A DNA stretch of 64,000 bases from Candidatus Bathyarchaeia archaeon (GCA_038883655.1 JAVZLQ010000005.1:1-64000), one strand, 5' to 3'. Numbered from the stretch's first letter, positions 38,224 to 48,798 are shown. The notes: generated from the sequence alone by a model not told the origin. Program-made: numbers and translations.

Positions 38224-38625
38224 TTATGATCTTCTTCTCCTCAAAACCCAAACACAAATTTCAAAGATGACAGCAGCAAACCACAAAACGAGAATGGAAG
38301 GAATGACAATAGCTGGCGCAACACAGAAAGCAAGGTACATAACTAAGCCGCTTGCTGGAATTGGCGTCGCCATAGCGAGAATGAAAAGCAGCTGGATAAG
38401 CGTCTGGTTGTGAATTATGCGTTTAGGCTTTGTTCTCACCCATGCTTCAGCTTCAGCTTTTGTTTCGTCCAAGCCTTCCACCCAGCGAAGCGCTTGATTT
38501 ACATATCGCCTCTTACCGGAATCCCACAACAGTTTAATATTAAGCTAACGGCGACCAGTAGGAAACAAGTGCATGACAATAGCATCAAAACCAATCTGGT
38601 GTTTCTCATCAAATCTTTCGCCCAA
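38224..38625 (-). pseudogene. Membrane protein gene with in-frame TAG (38545-38547), or shorter CDS 38224-38529
   Basis: Frame open from TTG 38625 except one amber codon; two C-terminal TMs. Confidence 0.4.
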
Positions 38626-38683
38626 AATCTACAGTTTGGAGCGATAAAATTATTTAAGAATTATGAATTCAAAATATACATTC

Positions 38684-39205
38684 TCACTTCATTTTAGCAG
38701 TTAATCTAGCCCTAATTTTTGGCAAAACTTCCTTCTGCATGTGCACAACGCCAAAAGTTGTAAGCCTATACTTTTCATCAGCAGTCTTCACAACTATCTG
38801 ACCCTTAACAAGCTCACCCAAACGTGTGCTCGTAATCTTCGAGCTTTTCCCAAGCCTTGCCTGCAACTCCTCCTTGGAGGCGGCATCACTGCCAACTAAA
38901 CCAAGCTGAAAGCCAACATAATAGGCAAGAAGCCACAAAAGCAAAGTCTCGTTGTCCGTAAGCCTATCCTTCGAAACAAGCAGACTCGCACCTTCATTTG
39001 AAAAGGCAATTATTCCCTCACAGTCCTTTACAAGCAGCTGCAAATCGACGCTTAACGTAAGTCTTCTTGAAATTTCAAACGAAGGGATAAGCTCGCTGAA
39101 AAACCTGTTTATGCCAAGCCAAACTTCTTCCAAACTGCCAACAAACGTTTTCTCCAAATCCCCATACTTTACATGAACCGTTAACGTCTTGCTTTCTCCA
39201 CTCAA
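38684..39205 (-). CDS. Hypothetical beta-beta-alpha + winged-helix protein
   Basis: LTVHVKYGDLEKTF; TRLGELVK...YRLTTFG. Confidence 0.7.
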   Translation of the reverse strand: MSGESKTLTVHVKYGDLEKTFVGSLEEVWLGINRFFSELIPSFEISRRLTLSVDLQLLVKDCEGIIAFSNEGASLLVSKDRLTDNETLLLWLLAYYVGFQLGLVGSDAASKEELQARLGKSSKITSTRLGELVKGQIVVKTADEKYRLTTFGVVHMQKEVLPKIRARLTAKMK

Positions 39206-39672
39206 CCCATCTTACCCCGAAGCCTAGCTAAAACCTCATCCTCAATCCATCTCTCACCTTGAACAGTAAGCTTAAATTCCGGCTTGTTCGGGTCTGGCTT
39301 ATACACTTGACCGCGCTTAGTCATCTCGTTAAGCCTTGCTGGAACCATGCATTTGATTCCACTGGACTCCAAAAGCTTGGTTATCTGCGCTGCCGTGTTC
39401 CGCCTATCATCAGAAGCATACAGCACAAGTCCAATAGCCTCGTAATGGGTTAGGTTTTCACGAGCAACAATCACTGGACCCTCAGTTGTGTATTCGATGA
39501 TGCCCTTCAACTGCGCCTTTGAAGGAACAATCTTGCTTACAACAAGCGTTGAAATTTTATCCATAAAATTCTCTGGAATAGCCTCAAGCATCTCAATAAT
39601 TTCCTGTGGAGTATCGCCTTCGATAACGATTTCGCCGAACTGCGTTTTTATACGCGCTTCAATTCTCTTCAA
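39202..39672 (-). CDS. Hypothetical beta-beta-alpha + winged-helix protein
   Basis: IEARIKTQFGEIVIEG; ARLNEMTKRG...FKLTVQG. Confidence 0.7.
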   Translation of the reverse strand: MKRIEARIKTQFGEIVIEGDTPQEIIEMLEAIPENFMDKISTLVVSKIVPSKAQLKGIIEYTTEGPVIVARENLTHYEAIGLVLYASDDRRNTAAQITKLLESSGIKCMVPARLNEMTKRGQVYKPDPNKPEFKLTVQGERWIEDEVLARLRGKMG

Positions 39673-40166
39673 TCAGCCTTCGCCTCCTCACTACGGATTA
39701 ATGCCTCTTTCTCGGCGAGAATATAAACATAACCAGCATCAGTCTTCCAGCGCCTAACAACTCCCTTCCTAACAAGTCCAAAAAGTGCCCCACTTAAAAC
39801 CTTTCCAGAAAAGCTTAAACCGTTAGCCTCTAAGGCACTGCGCAGTTCTTCTATGGTGCGTGGACGCCACTTCCCCCAGTCCGACTTAAGTATTTTTAGA
39901 AGCGCTTCATCACACTTTTCTGTTCGCGCAATCGTTGGAAACTTTTGCACTGTCGGTTCTTCTTTCGCCTCCGCCTTAACCGTGAGCTTAGTCACTGTTT
40001 TGGGCTTTAATCCCTCAAAAGCCTTTTGAACGTTAACCATCAGGGTCGGCAAGTCTTCAATTGTCTTTAGAACTTCTTCGCGTGTGCCGCTGACCTCAAC
40101 CTCGTATTCGCCCATTCTAAAGCGCAGAGCAAAAAAGCCTTGGCCTTCCTTTCCTTTGCAATGCAA
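39669..40166 (-). CDS. Hypothetical beta-beta-alpha + winged-helix protein
   Basis: LRFRMGEYEVEVSG; PRTIEEL...LFGLVRKGVVRR. Confidence 0.7.
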   Translation of the reverse strand: MHCKGKEGQGFFALRFRMGEYEVEVSGTREEVLKTIEDLPTLMVNVQKAFEGLKPKTVTKLTVKAEAKEEPTVQKFPTIARTEKCDEALLKILKSDWGKWRPRTIEELRSALEANGLSFSGKVLSGALFGLVRKGVVRRWKTDAGYVYILAEKEALIRSEEAKAD

Positions 40167-40317
40167 CTCTCATCCCCACGTCTTATAGTGATGTTTGCAA
40201 CTGCTTTTAGATTTTACGTATCGGATTTTGATATATGGCGTGGAAGGAAATATCGTATTAAATATTAAGATATGCTAATTCTATTTAGCGCACTCACCCA
40301 AAACAGAGGAATAAAGC

Positions 40318-40947
40318 TTGGTTAAAAAGGCGGTCCTTGTCTGGATTTTCAGTTCGCTAACAATCGTCGCCTCGGCACATCTGGTCGAAGCAATATCCGT
40401 CATACTTTTCAACAGCGAAATTAGGCTGTTGGGTCTCTACCCATTTATAGGCGAAAAACTGCAGTTGTTAACTCCCGCAGCATATTTCTGGGTAAGCCTC
40501 TTCTCAGCTTTTACTCTTTGGGGAATAACATGCGCGGTAGCCTTTGAGAATCCAGTCGAGGCTTTCCTAAACAAAATTCTTTCAGATGCGAAAAAGCAGA
40601 GTGCCGTGGAAACACAACTTGTTGAGGATAAGAGTGAAGTTATAGATTTGATGAACGAGACGATTGAGGCAAATAACGAGGTGCTCTTGCAGGTTAAGGA
40701 TTTAATCTACAACATAAGAGCGGAAGTTAAGGAAATTCAGCCATTAAAGGAGCTTGTAGAAAAGGTTAAGGCTGAGGTTGGGACTCTGAAGCGTGAGGTC
40801 AAGAGGATAGAGGAGAAGGTTAAATTTCCAATACTTTGCCCCGCATGCGGTAAGCCTCTTCTTCCAGAGTTTAAGATGTGCCCGTACTGTGGCGAGCAGA
40901 TAAAGGTGCAGTATCCAGCGGTCATCGAAGTGAAAGACGTTAAATGA
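40318..40947 (+). CDS. Membrane-anchored coiled-coil protein with C-terminal zinc ribbon
   Basis: Two TMs, coiled coil, CPACG...CPYCG. Confidence 0.75.
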   Translation: MVKKAVLVWIFSSLTIVASAHLVEAISVILFNSEIRLLGLYPFIGEKLQLLTPAAYFWVSLFSAFTLWGITCAVAFENPVEAFLNKILSDAKKQSAVETQLVEDKSEVIDLMNETIEANNEVLLQVKDLIYNIRAEVKEIQPLKELVEKVKAEVGTLKREVKRIEEKVKFPILCPACGKPLLPEFKMCPYCGEQIKVQYPAVIEVKDVK

Positions 40948-40959
40948 AAATTGAGCGGT

Positions 40960-42861
40960 TTACTCCATTTTTTCCTTGAGTTTTTCCCTCAATATTTTGC
41001 TTAGCTGTGCAGCGTCGACTTTGCCCCTCAAATTTTGCATTAGTATGCCCATTAGGGCGCCGAAGCTTTCTTGTCCTTTTTCTTTAACGAGTTTTTCGTT
41101 TTCTGTTATTGCTTTTTCAACAAGCGCGGTCAGCTCGGTTTCTGAAAGTGTTTTGAAGCCAAGCGTGTTTATGGCTTCTTCTACGGTTTTTTCTTCGTTT
41201 TTTGAAAGCCAGACGTAGATTTCGTTTATTGCTTCTTTTGTCAGTTTTCCCGCGCCAACAAGCCTAAAAATTTCTCTTATTTTGCTTTCCGGAACCTTTT
41301 CTGTTTCGACACCGTCGCGTTTTAACGCTTTTAAGGTTTCTGTGAGGAAAACCGCGACGGTTGTTGGTGAAACGTTGCTTTCCTTAACTATTGTTTCGAA
41401 TAGTTCGCCGTATTCCGAATCCATTATTTGCTTTGCAAGTTTCTGGTTTAGCCTGTACTGTTTCATCAAGCGTTCAAACTTTTGTTCTGGAAGTTCCGGC
41501 AATGTGGCGCGGATTTTTTCCAGCATTTCTTTTGTTATTTGTGTGGGCGGTATGTCTGTTTCTGGGTACATCCTTGCTGCGCCTGGTCTTGGGCGCATGT
41601 AGCGTGTTGTTCCATCTGGGTTTGCTGCTCTTGTTTCTTCTGGCACGCCTTTTATGGCTTCTTTTGCTCTTTCAACAACTGCTTTTAGGGCGTCTTTGAC
41701 GTTTTCTGGCGTGTCTGCCACAAAGACTATGGCGTCTTCTGGGTTGGCTTTTACCGCGTTTTTTAGGTTTTCTATTTCTTCTTGTGTTATTCCGTACGCT
41801 GGCATTTCGTCTGTGTGGAATATTCCGCCCACTCTGCCCCAGAACCGTGCTCTGTCAGCCATTTCTGTTCCGAGGCGGAAGTTTGGCAGTAGTTCACGTT
41901 TCAGTAGCCCATTGAATTTTGGTAGTTTTACTGCTAGGACTTGGTGTTTTTTGTCTAGGGCTTTGCGAATGACTTTGCATTTTGTTTTTTCGAAAACTTT
42001 TGTTACGTCAAAGAATTCCTCTTTTATGGCTTCTGGTTTTGCGCCTCTTTTTTGTAGTTCTCTGCTTATTTCTATTAGGTTTAGTTGGCGTTGAACCTCA
42101 TACTCCACAACAAGCGGCAGAAGCTCGAGTTCTTGTACGCCTTTTATTTCTGTTAGTGCACCTTCAGCTATGGATATGTTTAGGTCTTGTCTTATTGTGC
42201 CTAGTCCGCGTTTGACTTTGCCAGTAGCCCTTAGTATTCTTCCTATTGCCAGCGCGACTTCTCCTGCTTCTTTTGACGTGTTTATTACTGGGGCGGTTGC
42301 GATTTCTATTAGTGGTATGCCCAGTCGGTCTATGCGATAGCGTATTGTGTTTTCTTCTTCGCCCATTTTGCGGGCTGCGTCTTCTTCTAGGCTTATGTGT
42401 TCTATTGGAACTGTTTTTCCGCCGATGGCTATTTCGCCTTTTAGGGCTATTACGCATGTGCGTTGAAAACCAGTGGTGTTTGAGCCGTCTATGACTGTTT
42501 TGCGCATTACGTGGATTTCGTCTACTGGTTTCGCCTTTAGCATCAAGGCTACTGTTAAGGCGATTTCTACGGCTTCTGTGTTTAATGGGTGTGGTGGTTC
42601 TTCGTCCATTTCGACTAGGCAAGATGTTTCGCGGTTTGCTTCGTAGAGGATTTTTACTCCTTTTTGGAATTCGAAGTAGGCTGCTGGGTCTATTTGTCCG
42701 AGTTCGCTTTGTGTTGGTCTTAAACGTCTTATGAAGGTGATTTCTGGTTCGCCTTTGAAGAGTTCTGTTTTGCATTGGCAGAAGAGCTTTGCTTTGGTGT
42801 CGAGTTGCTGGTGTATTTCCAAGCCGACTTTTAACCCAACTTTGCTATAGTCTATTTCCAT
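40960..42861 (-). CDS. gatE: Glu-tRNA(Gln) amidotransferase subunit E
   Basis: GLEIHQQL, DGSNTTGFQRT, RPRPGAARMYPETD. Confidence 0.96.
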   Translation of the reverse strand: MEIDYSKVGLKVGLEIHQQLDTKAKLFCQCKTELFKGEPEITFIRRLRPTQSELGQIDPAAYFEFQKGVKILYEANRETSCLVEMDEEPPHPLNTEAVEIALTVALMLKAKPVDEIHVMRKTVIDGSNTTGFQRTCVIALKGEIAIGGKTVPIEHISLEEDAARKMGEEENTIRYRIDRLGIPLIEIATAPVINTSKEAGEVALAIGRILRATGKVKRGLGTIRQDLNISIAEGALTEIKGVQELELLPLVVEYEVQRQLNLIEISRELQKRGAKPEAIKEEFFDVTKVFEKTKCKVIRKALDKKHQVLAVKLPKFNGLLKRELLPNFRLGTEMADRARFWGRVGGIFHTDEMPAYGITQEEIENLKNAVKANPEDAIVFVADTPENVKDALKAVVERAKEAIKGVPEETRAANPDGTTRYMRPRPGAARMYPETDIPPTQITKEMLEKIRATLPELPEQKFERLMKQYRLNQKLAKQIMDSEYGELFETIVKESNVSPTTVAVFLTETLKALKRDGVETEKVPESKIREIFRLVGAGKLTKEAINEIYVWLSKNEEKTVEEAINTLGFKTLSETELTALVEKAITENEKLVKEKGQESFGALMGILMQNLRGKVDAAQLSKILREKLKEKME

Positions 42862-42880
42862 GTTTCGGGTGGCACCCTCC

Positions 42881-44218
42881 CTATAACGTAGTTTCTTCTG
42901 GCAGCGTCCGCGGCGAGAATTCGCCGGCTATGTTCGTTTTTAGTAGCGTTTTTGCTTCTTCTGGGTTTTGGGTTTGCCCGAAAATCCACATGAGTTTTAT
43001 TAGCGCCGTTTCGGGCAGCATGTCTTCGAGTGGCATTACCCCTAGTGCTTGTAAGTCTCTGCCTGTGTCGTATACGTTCATGTTTACGCGTCCCCAGATG
43101 CATTGCGAGGTCATTGCTACGATTACGTTGTTTTCCACAGCCTTTTTTATTGCGTTGTAGCATGCGCTGCTCACGTGTCCTAGTCCTGTTCCTTCTAGGA
43201 CTATGCCTAAATAACCGTTTTCCACATGCCATTCTATTATGGCGGGGTTCATGTTTGGATAGAACTTTATTAGTGCTACTTTTTCGCTGAAGTTTGACTT
43301 TAGCACTAGCCTTCTTGTTTTGTCTCTTGGCATATACGCGTCTGTCAGCATTGTTATTTGCTGGTTTTGTACGCGTGCTATAGGCGTGGCGTTTACGCTT
43401 TTGAACGTGTCTCTTCTGCTTGTGTGGCACTTGCGCACTTTTGTTCCGCGGTGAATGACAATTGCCGTATCGGAAGGCGTTTCGTGCATTGCGATGGCGA
43501 CTTCTGCGAATGGAGCTTTTGCTGCGGCTATAGCTGCGCCTATTAGGTTTGTGGCTGCGTCTGAGCTTGGGCGGTCTGCTGAACGCTGCGAGCCAACAAG
43601 GATTACGGGTACGGGCAGGTTTTGTAGGGCGAAGCTTAGGGCTGCAGCCGTATACGCCATTGTGTCTGTTCCATGCGCGATTACTACGCCATCAACGCCT
43701 TCTGCTATTTTTTTAGCTGTTGCTTCGGCGATTTGCGTCCAGTGTTTTGCAGTTATGTTTTCGCTGAATACGCTGAAGAGGATTTGGGCGTCTATTTGGG
43801 CTATTTCGGCAAGTTCTGGAACTACGCTGTAAAGGTCGCTTGCCGACAATGCGGGACGAACAGCGCCAGTCCTATAGTCAACGCGGCTTGCAATTGTGCC
43901 GCCAGTGCTGATTATGGCGATGCGTGGAAGCGTTGGGTTTTGCTGTGGAAGGGGTTGCGGAACAAAAATTGGCTTTGCGCCTTCGCCGATGCGCTCTATA
44001 TGCGTGTCTGGTGTTATGCGAACGCCGATGTTGTAGCCGCTCTTCAACTTGATAACAATGTGCCTTTCATCGCCATACTCAGAACGGGGAATAAGGATTC
44101 CCTCATAAATCTCGCCATCCTTTGTTATACGCAATAAATCGCCAATTTCCGCTCTAGCTTTTTTTATGGCTTCTAAAGCTTCACCTCTATAACCAGAAAA
44201 TTTCTCTTCTTGACTCAT
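42881..44218 (-). CDS. gatD: Glu-tRNA(Gln) amidotransferase subunit D
   Basis: KLKSGYNIG, STGGTIAS, HGTDT, SQRSADRPSSD. Confidence 0.96.
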   Translation of the reverse strand: MSQEEKFSGYRGEALEAIKKARAEIGDLLRITKDGEIYEGILIPRSEYGDERHIVIKLKSGYNIGVRITPDTHIERIGEGAKPIFVPQPLPQQNPTLPRIAIISTGGTIASRVDYRTGAVRPALSASDLYSVVPELAEIAQIDAQILFSVFSENITAKHWTQIAEATAKKIAEGVDGVVIAHGTDTMAYTAAALSFALQNLPVPVILVGSQRSADRPSSDAATNLIGAAIAAAKAPFAEVAIAMHETPSDTAIVIHRGTKVRKCHTSRRDTFKSVNATPIARVQNQQITMLTDAYMPRDKTRRLVLKSNFSEKVALIKFYPNMNPAIIEWHVENGYLGIVLEGTGLGHVSSACYNAIKKAVENNVIVAMTSQCIWGRVNMNVYDTGRDLQALGVMPLEDMLPETALIKLMWIFGQTQNPEEAKTLLKTNIAGEFSPRTLPEETTL

Positions 44219-44456
44219 TTTAAACTCTCAAACATTTGAAGCTTCAGAAAGCTAATATGCTTTTTTATTTGATTGGTATAAGTGAGGTTCGGTTAAAAAT
44301 GGATGTAGGCGAGTTTGTTGGGTCTGCAATTATATAGTAGTTGGCGCAGCACCATTCCTCGGATACGCCTTGAGTCAACATAAAAGTTAACTTATAACCA
44401 ACATACCAATGGCAAAATTTACTAATAGGCATAGGTATAGTTAAATTTGATGATAT

Positions 44457-45377
44457 ATGCCTAAATGTGAACATTGTGGAAAAGAGGTTATTCTTCCATA
44501 CAAATGCGGTTTCTGTGGACACTATTTTTGTGTTGAGCATAGGCTTCCAGAAAATCATAACTGTCCAGATCTTTCATTCAGATTCCAGCGGGAAGAAAAA
44601 GTTGAAGAACAAAAAATTGAAAAAGAGAGAATAGCCTCTGAAGGAGAATTACACTTTGTTAAAGAATCTACTGAGAAGCATGGGGCTGAAGAGCCTAAAC
44701 CAAAAGGAAAATTAAAATATATTGTCTCTATTTTCTGTATACTCTTAATCCTTGTAGGTTATGCAAGCTACAGCTTCGGTTATAACACTGGTTCTAATGC
44801 TTCATTTAATACTGGCTACGATTTAGGATACGCCCAAGGATACATCAACGGCAATCTAACGGGCTTTGAACTAGGTTATAGAAATGGCAACTCAAGCGGT
44901 TATTTACTAGGATATCAATATGGCAACATAACAGGTTATGAACTTGGCTATTTAGATGGCAACTCTAGCGGTTACATTGAAGGCTATAATAAAGGCTATC
45001 TTGATGGAGTAAAAGATGGAGCAGGAACGGGTTATAACATCAGAGACCCAACCTACCAAGAGATGCTCAACTTCATAGCCTCAGATAAAACCGATGAAAA
45101 TGAATATTCAGAAAACTATACATGCCTTCACTTTACAGCAGACGTCAAAAGCCATGCTTTTGATGAAGGATATAAATGTGGATTCGTCTACGTGGAATTC
45201 AGAGATGGCGCCCACGCAATAGTCTGCTTTAACACCACAGACCAAGGCTTAATTTTCATAGAACCCCAATCAGATGAAATAGTAACTTTAACAATTGGAC
45301 AGCCATACTGGGATAGAACAAAATATGAACCGCCAGACTACGATGATACCGTCATCAGCTTTACCATAATCTGGTAA
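44457..45377 (+). CDS. AN1-type Zn finger + TM + Gly-Tyr repeats + putative Cys-protease/transglutaminase-like domain
   Basis: CEHC..CGFC..FCVEHRLPENHNC; GYxxG repeats; YTCLHF / HAIVCF / IEPQ. Confidence 0.7.
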   Translation: MPKCEHCGKEVILPYKCGFCGHYFCVEHRLPENHNCPDLSFRFQREEKVEEQKIEKERIASEGELHFVKESTEKHGAEEPKPKGKLKYIVSIFCILLILVGYASYSFGYNTGSNASFNTGYDLGYAQGYINGNLTGFELGYRNGNSSGYLLGYQYGNITGYELGYLDGNSSGYIEGYNKGYLDGVKDGAGTGYNIRDPTYQEMLNFIASDKTDENEYSENYTCLHFTADVKSHAFDEGYKCGFVYVEFRDGAHAIVCFNTTDQGLIFIEPQSDEIVTLTIGQPYWDRTKYEPPDYDDTVISFTIIW

Positions 45378-45379
45378 TA

Positions 45380-46987
45380 TCAACCTAACATTTTTGACAT
45401 GTACGGTCCATCGTAGGCATAGCCGAACCGTTTATAATATTCCTTTGTTCCTAATGCGCTTATGACTAAAATTTTCTTTAAGTCATACTCTTGGCGTGTT
45501 ATGCGTTCTGCTTCAGCCAACAAGATTCCGCCATAACCCTTATGTTGCCACGCTTTAGCCAAATGTTTGCCTACTGGCACTAATGGTCCGTAAACATGCA
45601 GTTCCCTCACAATTGCACATGGCATTTCCCTAATTTCTGGTCTATGCGCTTTGGCTGACGGAACCCGCAAACGCAGATACCCAATCAAAACATCATTCAC
45701 CCTATCCTCAACAGAAATGAAAATTTCCTCACCCTCAGACGCAGTATACTTCGTAACAAAAACTTCTATATTTTCTGGGTCTGGCTTAACTTTATCAGCC
45801 ATAAGCCTATGTCCAACTTCCCTACAACGAATACACCTACAGCGGACACCGCGCTCCTTAAGCCTCTGCTGAACAAGCTGCCGCAAGTTACTACGGTTAA
45901 CGCCAGCAACAATGAGCGGCGCTGGAATATCACGCTGCACACGCATGATGCGAACCCAAGGCGGAATGATACGCTTGACTTCAACAATCAAATCCGCTGC
46001 CTCTTCAGTCGTGTAGGGCTTGTATTCGCCGCGCAAAAACCACTCATACGCCTTAGTATCTTTCAAAACCAAACAAGGATAAACCTTAACCATATCAGGC
46101 TTAAAGGCAGGATTCTCAAAAATCATCCTAAAAGCCTCCAAATCCCGCTTAAAGTCAGAGCCGGGCAGTCCGGGCATCATGTGATAAACAATTTTTAAAC
46201 CAGCATCCTTCAATATCCGCGTAGCCTCAACCACATCCGCCACGCTGTGCATCCTACCAACCAAACTATAAATCTCATCACTTGGATTCTGCACACCCAA
46301 CTCAACCCTTGTAACACCCAAATCCAACATGTGGTCAACATGCCTTTCCTTAGCCCAGTCTGGACGAGTCTCAACAGTAATACCCACATTACGAATCCTA
46401 CTCACCTCAGCATTCTTTTTCGCTTCCTCAAGCGTCGTTGACTCCCTCTCCGTAATAGCATCTAAACAACCCTTAACAAACCAACGCTGATAATCCAAGG
46501 GCATAGCAGGAAAAGTCCCACCCATAACAATCAACTCAACCTTATCCACACTATGCCCAATCGCACGCAACTGTTCAATACGACTCCTAACCTGCCCAAA
46601 AGGATCAAACTCATGCTGCAAACCACGCATAGCCGCGGGCTCAAAACCAGTATAGCTTTGTGGCACACCAAAAGGCGGACCACCAGGACAGTAAGCGCAG
46701 GGACTCGGCTGAGGACATGGATAAGGCTTAGTCATAACCGCCACTATGGTAACTCCAGAAATGGTGCGCGTTGCTTTCCTACGCAGAACTGGCAGAAGCC
46801 TACGCTTCTCATCCGCTCTAAGAGCGCGTATTATTTCAGCGTTTGACGGAATACGCTTCAACTTGTATTTGGCTGCAACCCGCAACTTGACACGGTTAAC
46901 ATGCTCTTGGCTAGGCGAAGGAACATGCATCAAATTGTCGATTATTTCCCTTATCGCTTGACTCTCACTCAAGCCAACGTCAGCCAA
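45380..46987 (-). CDS. elp3: Elp3 radical SAM/KAT tRNA U34 carboxymethyltransferase
   Basis: CPQPSPCAYC, SYTGFEP, ETRPD, RELHVYG, WQHKGYG. Confidence 0.95.
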   Translation of the reverse strand: MADVGLSESQAIREIIDNLMHVPSPSQEHVNRVKLRVAAKYKLKRIPSNAEIIRALRADEKRRLLPVLRRKATRTISGVTIVAVMTKPYPCPQPSPCAYCPGGPPFGVPQSYTGFEPAAMRGLQHEFDPFGQVRSRIEQLRAIGHSVDKVELIVMGGTFPAMPLDYQRWFVKGCLDAITERESTTLEEAKKNAEVSRIRNVGITVETRPDWAKERHVDHMLDLGVTRVELGVQNPSDEIYSLVGRMHSVADVVEATRILKDAGLKIVYHMMPGLPGSDFKRDLEAFRMIFENPAFKPDMVKVYPCLVLKDTKAYEWFLRGEYKPYTTEEAADLIVEVKRIIPPWVRIMRVQRDIPAPLIVAGVNRSNLRQLVQQRLKERGVRCRCIRCREVGHRLMADKVKPDPENIEVFVTKYTASEGEEIFISVEDRVNDVLIGYLRLRVPSAKAHRPEIREMPCAIVRELHVYGPLVPVGKHLAKAWQHKGYGGILLAEAERITRQEYDLKKILVISALGTKEYYKRFGYAYDGPYMSKMLG

Positions 46988-47018
46988 AATAGCTAGAGTG
47001 TAAGGAGATAAATAAACG

Positions 47019-48602
47019 CTAGCAGTTCAAGGCGCATTTTCCCCTTTCATAAACAACCTTGCCGCCAATAATAACCATTTCGACGCTGACATCCCTAATC
47101 TTTTCTGGTGGTATCCTATCCAAATCCTCTGACAAAACAACCAGATCGGCAAGCTTCCCCACTTCAATGCTTCCCTTCAAGTTTTCCTCAAAAGAAGCAT
47201 AAGCAGCATTCAAAGTATAAGTCCTAAGCGCCTCATCCAAACTAAGCCTTTCCTCGGCAAAATTCGCCTTCGCAACAGCAGCCCAAATCCCCAAAAGCGG
47301 ATTGATAGGCTCAACAGGCGAGTCAGAACCAGAAGCAACCACTATACCCTCACGCATAAGCGTCTTAAACGGGTAAACCCAACGCCCACGTCTTTCGCCG
47401 ACACGCTGGAAAACCCAAAAGTCAGAAACAACAAAATGAGGCTGAACAGAAGCTATTAACCCCAAACGATTAATACGCTTAATCAACCGCGGATTCAAAA
47501 CAGAACAATGCTCAATTCTATGCCTATGATTCTCGCGTGGAAAAACTTTAAACGCTATTTCATAAGCCTTCAAAACAGCTTCTACCGCGCGGTCACCAAT
47601 AGCATGAACAGCCAACTGCAAGCCAGCCCTATGCGCCTTCAAAACAAGCCTATTAAGGCTTCGCTGCGTATAAAGCAGCATCCCACTCGTTTTAGGGTCA
47701 TCAAAATAAGGCTCTTTCAAGGCAGCAGTACGCGCGCCAAGAGAACCATCAGCAAAAACCTTAACAAAACCAAGCTTAAGCATACTGTTGCCAAAACCCG
47801 AAAGCAAACCCAAACAAACAAGCGCATCCAAAAGCCTAGCGGGAACACCAAGATAAACCCTTAATGGAAGTTTTCCCTCAAAGTAAAGCTTCTGAACAAC
47901 ACGAATCTCATCAACCGAATCAACAACCCAATGAACACCAGTAAGCCCAGCCCTCACAGCTTCCCAGCAAGCGCGAAGGCAAAATTCCTCCATACTCTTC
48001 AAGTCAGGCTTAGGAACAACTCTCCAAACAAGCTCCAAAGCGTTTTCACGCAAAACCCCAGTAGGCTCACCACCAGCATCCAAATCCACTTTTCCACCAT
48101 CAACAACCGTTTTCCCAGTTATACCAGCCAACTCCAACGCCCTACCGTTGACAACGCCAATATGCCCACAAACCCGCACCAAAAAGACAGGCTTTTCTTT
48201 AACAACAGCATCCAAATCCCAACGGTTCGGAAGACGCTTTTCAATAAACCGCTCATGGTCCCATCTACCACCCAAAACCCAAGGCTTCTCGGGATTTTTC
48301 GCCACGTACTCACGGATTTTCTGCTGCACCTCCACAATTGATTTTGCATCCCTCAAATCCACAGTCTGCAGAAAACTCCCAAAACCAGCCATGTGCACAT
48401 GACAATCAACAAGCCCTGGAACAACACTTTTGCCTTTTGCATCAACAACCCTTGTCCCATCTGACACGTACTTGCGAACCTCACTGTTTGAGCCGACAGC
48501 CACTAGCCTATCGCCGAAAACAGCAACAGCCTCAGCACGAGGTCTACGCTCATCCAAAGTAATGACGTTAGCATTCAAAATAACGAGACTAGCACCAAAC
48601 AT
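47019..48602 (-). CDS. YtcJ-like amidohydrolase
   Basis: PGLVDCHVH, ADGSLGARTA, HAIGD, RIEH, GSDSPV. Confidence 0.9.
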   Translation of the reverse strand: MFGASLVILNANVITLDERRPRAEAVAVFGDRLVAVGSNSEVRKYVSDGTRVVDAKGKSVVPGLVDCHVHMAGFGSFLQTVDLRDAKSIVEVQQKIREYVAKNPEKPWVLGGRWDHERFIEKRLPNRWDLDAVVKEKPVFLVRVCGHIGVVNGRALELAGITGKTVVDGGKVDLDAGGEPTGVLRENALELVWRVVPKPDLKSMEEFCLRACWEAVRAGLTGVHWVVDSVDEIRVVQKLYFEGKLPLRVYLGVPARLLDALVCLGLLSGFGNSMLKLGFVKVFADGSLGARTAALKEPYFDDPKTSGMLLYTQRSLNRLVLKAHRAGLQLAVHAIGDRAVEAVLKAYEIAFKVFPRENHRHRIEHCSVLNPRLIKRINRLGLIASVQPHFVVSDFWVFQRVGERRGRWVYPFKTLMREGIVVASGSDSPVEPINPLLGIWAAVAKANFAEERLSLDEALRTYTLNAAYASFEENLKGSIEVGKLADLVVLSEDLDRIPPEKIRDVSVEMVIIGGKVVYERGKCALNC

Positions 48603-48636
48603 GCATAAACGATATTAGACAAATAAGATAAAAGCT

Positions 48637-48798
48637 TTAAACCCAGTTCTGCCCAGGCTTACGCTGCAAAAGAAGACGCTTCTCATAATTACGCCTATTC
48701 CTAAACCTAGGCGCAGGACTCTTCTTACCCAAAGGCTGAACCTTAGGAGTCTGAGACCTAACCTTACCAGCCTTCGAAAGCGAACCATGCGTAGGCAT
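48637..48798 (-). CDS. rps30e: Ribosomal protein S30e
   Basis: [20 protein letters not shown]. Confidence 0.93.
   Translation of the reverse strand: MPTHGSLSKAGKVRSQTPKVQPLGKKSPAPRFRNRRNYEKRLLLQRKPGQNWV

Noticed and set aside
40976-48618. Many antisense or alternate-frame ORFs (e.g. 42164-42775, 42852-43430, 47931-48341)
   Set aside because: Shadow ORFs over well-supported genes, favoured by local codon skew; same for 49960-50685.
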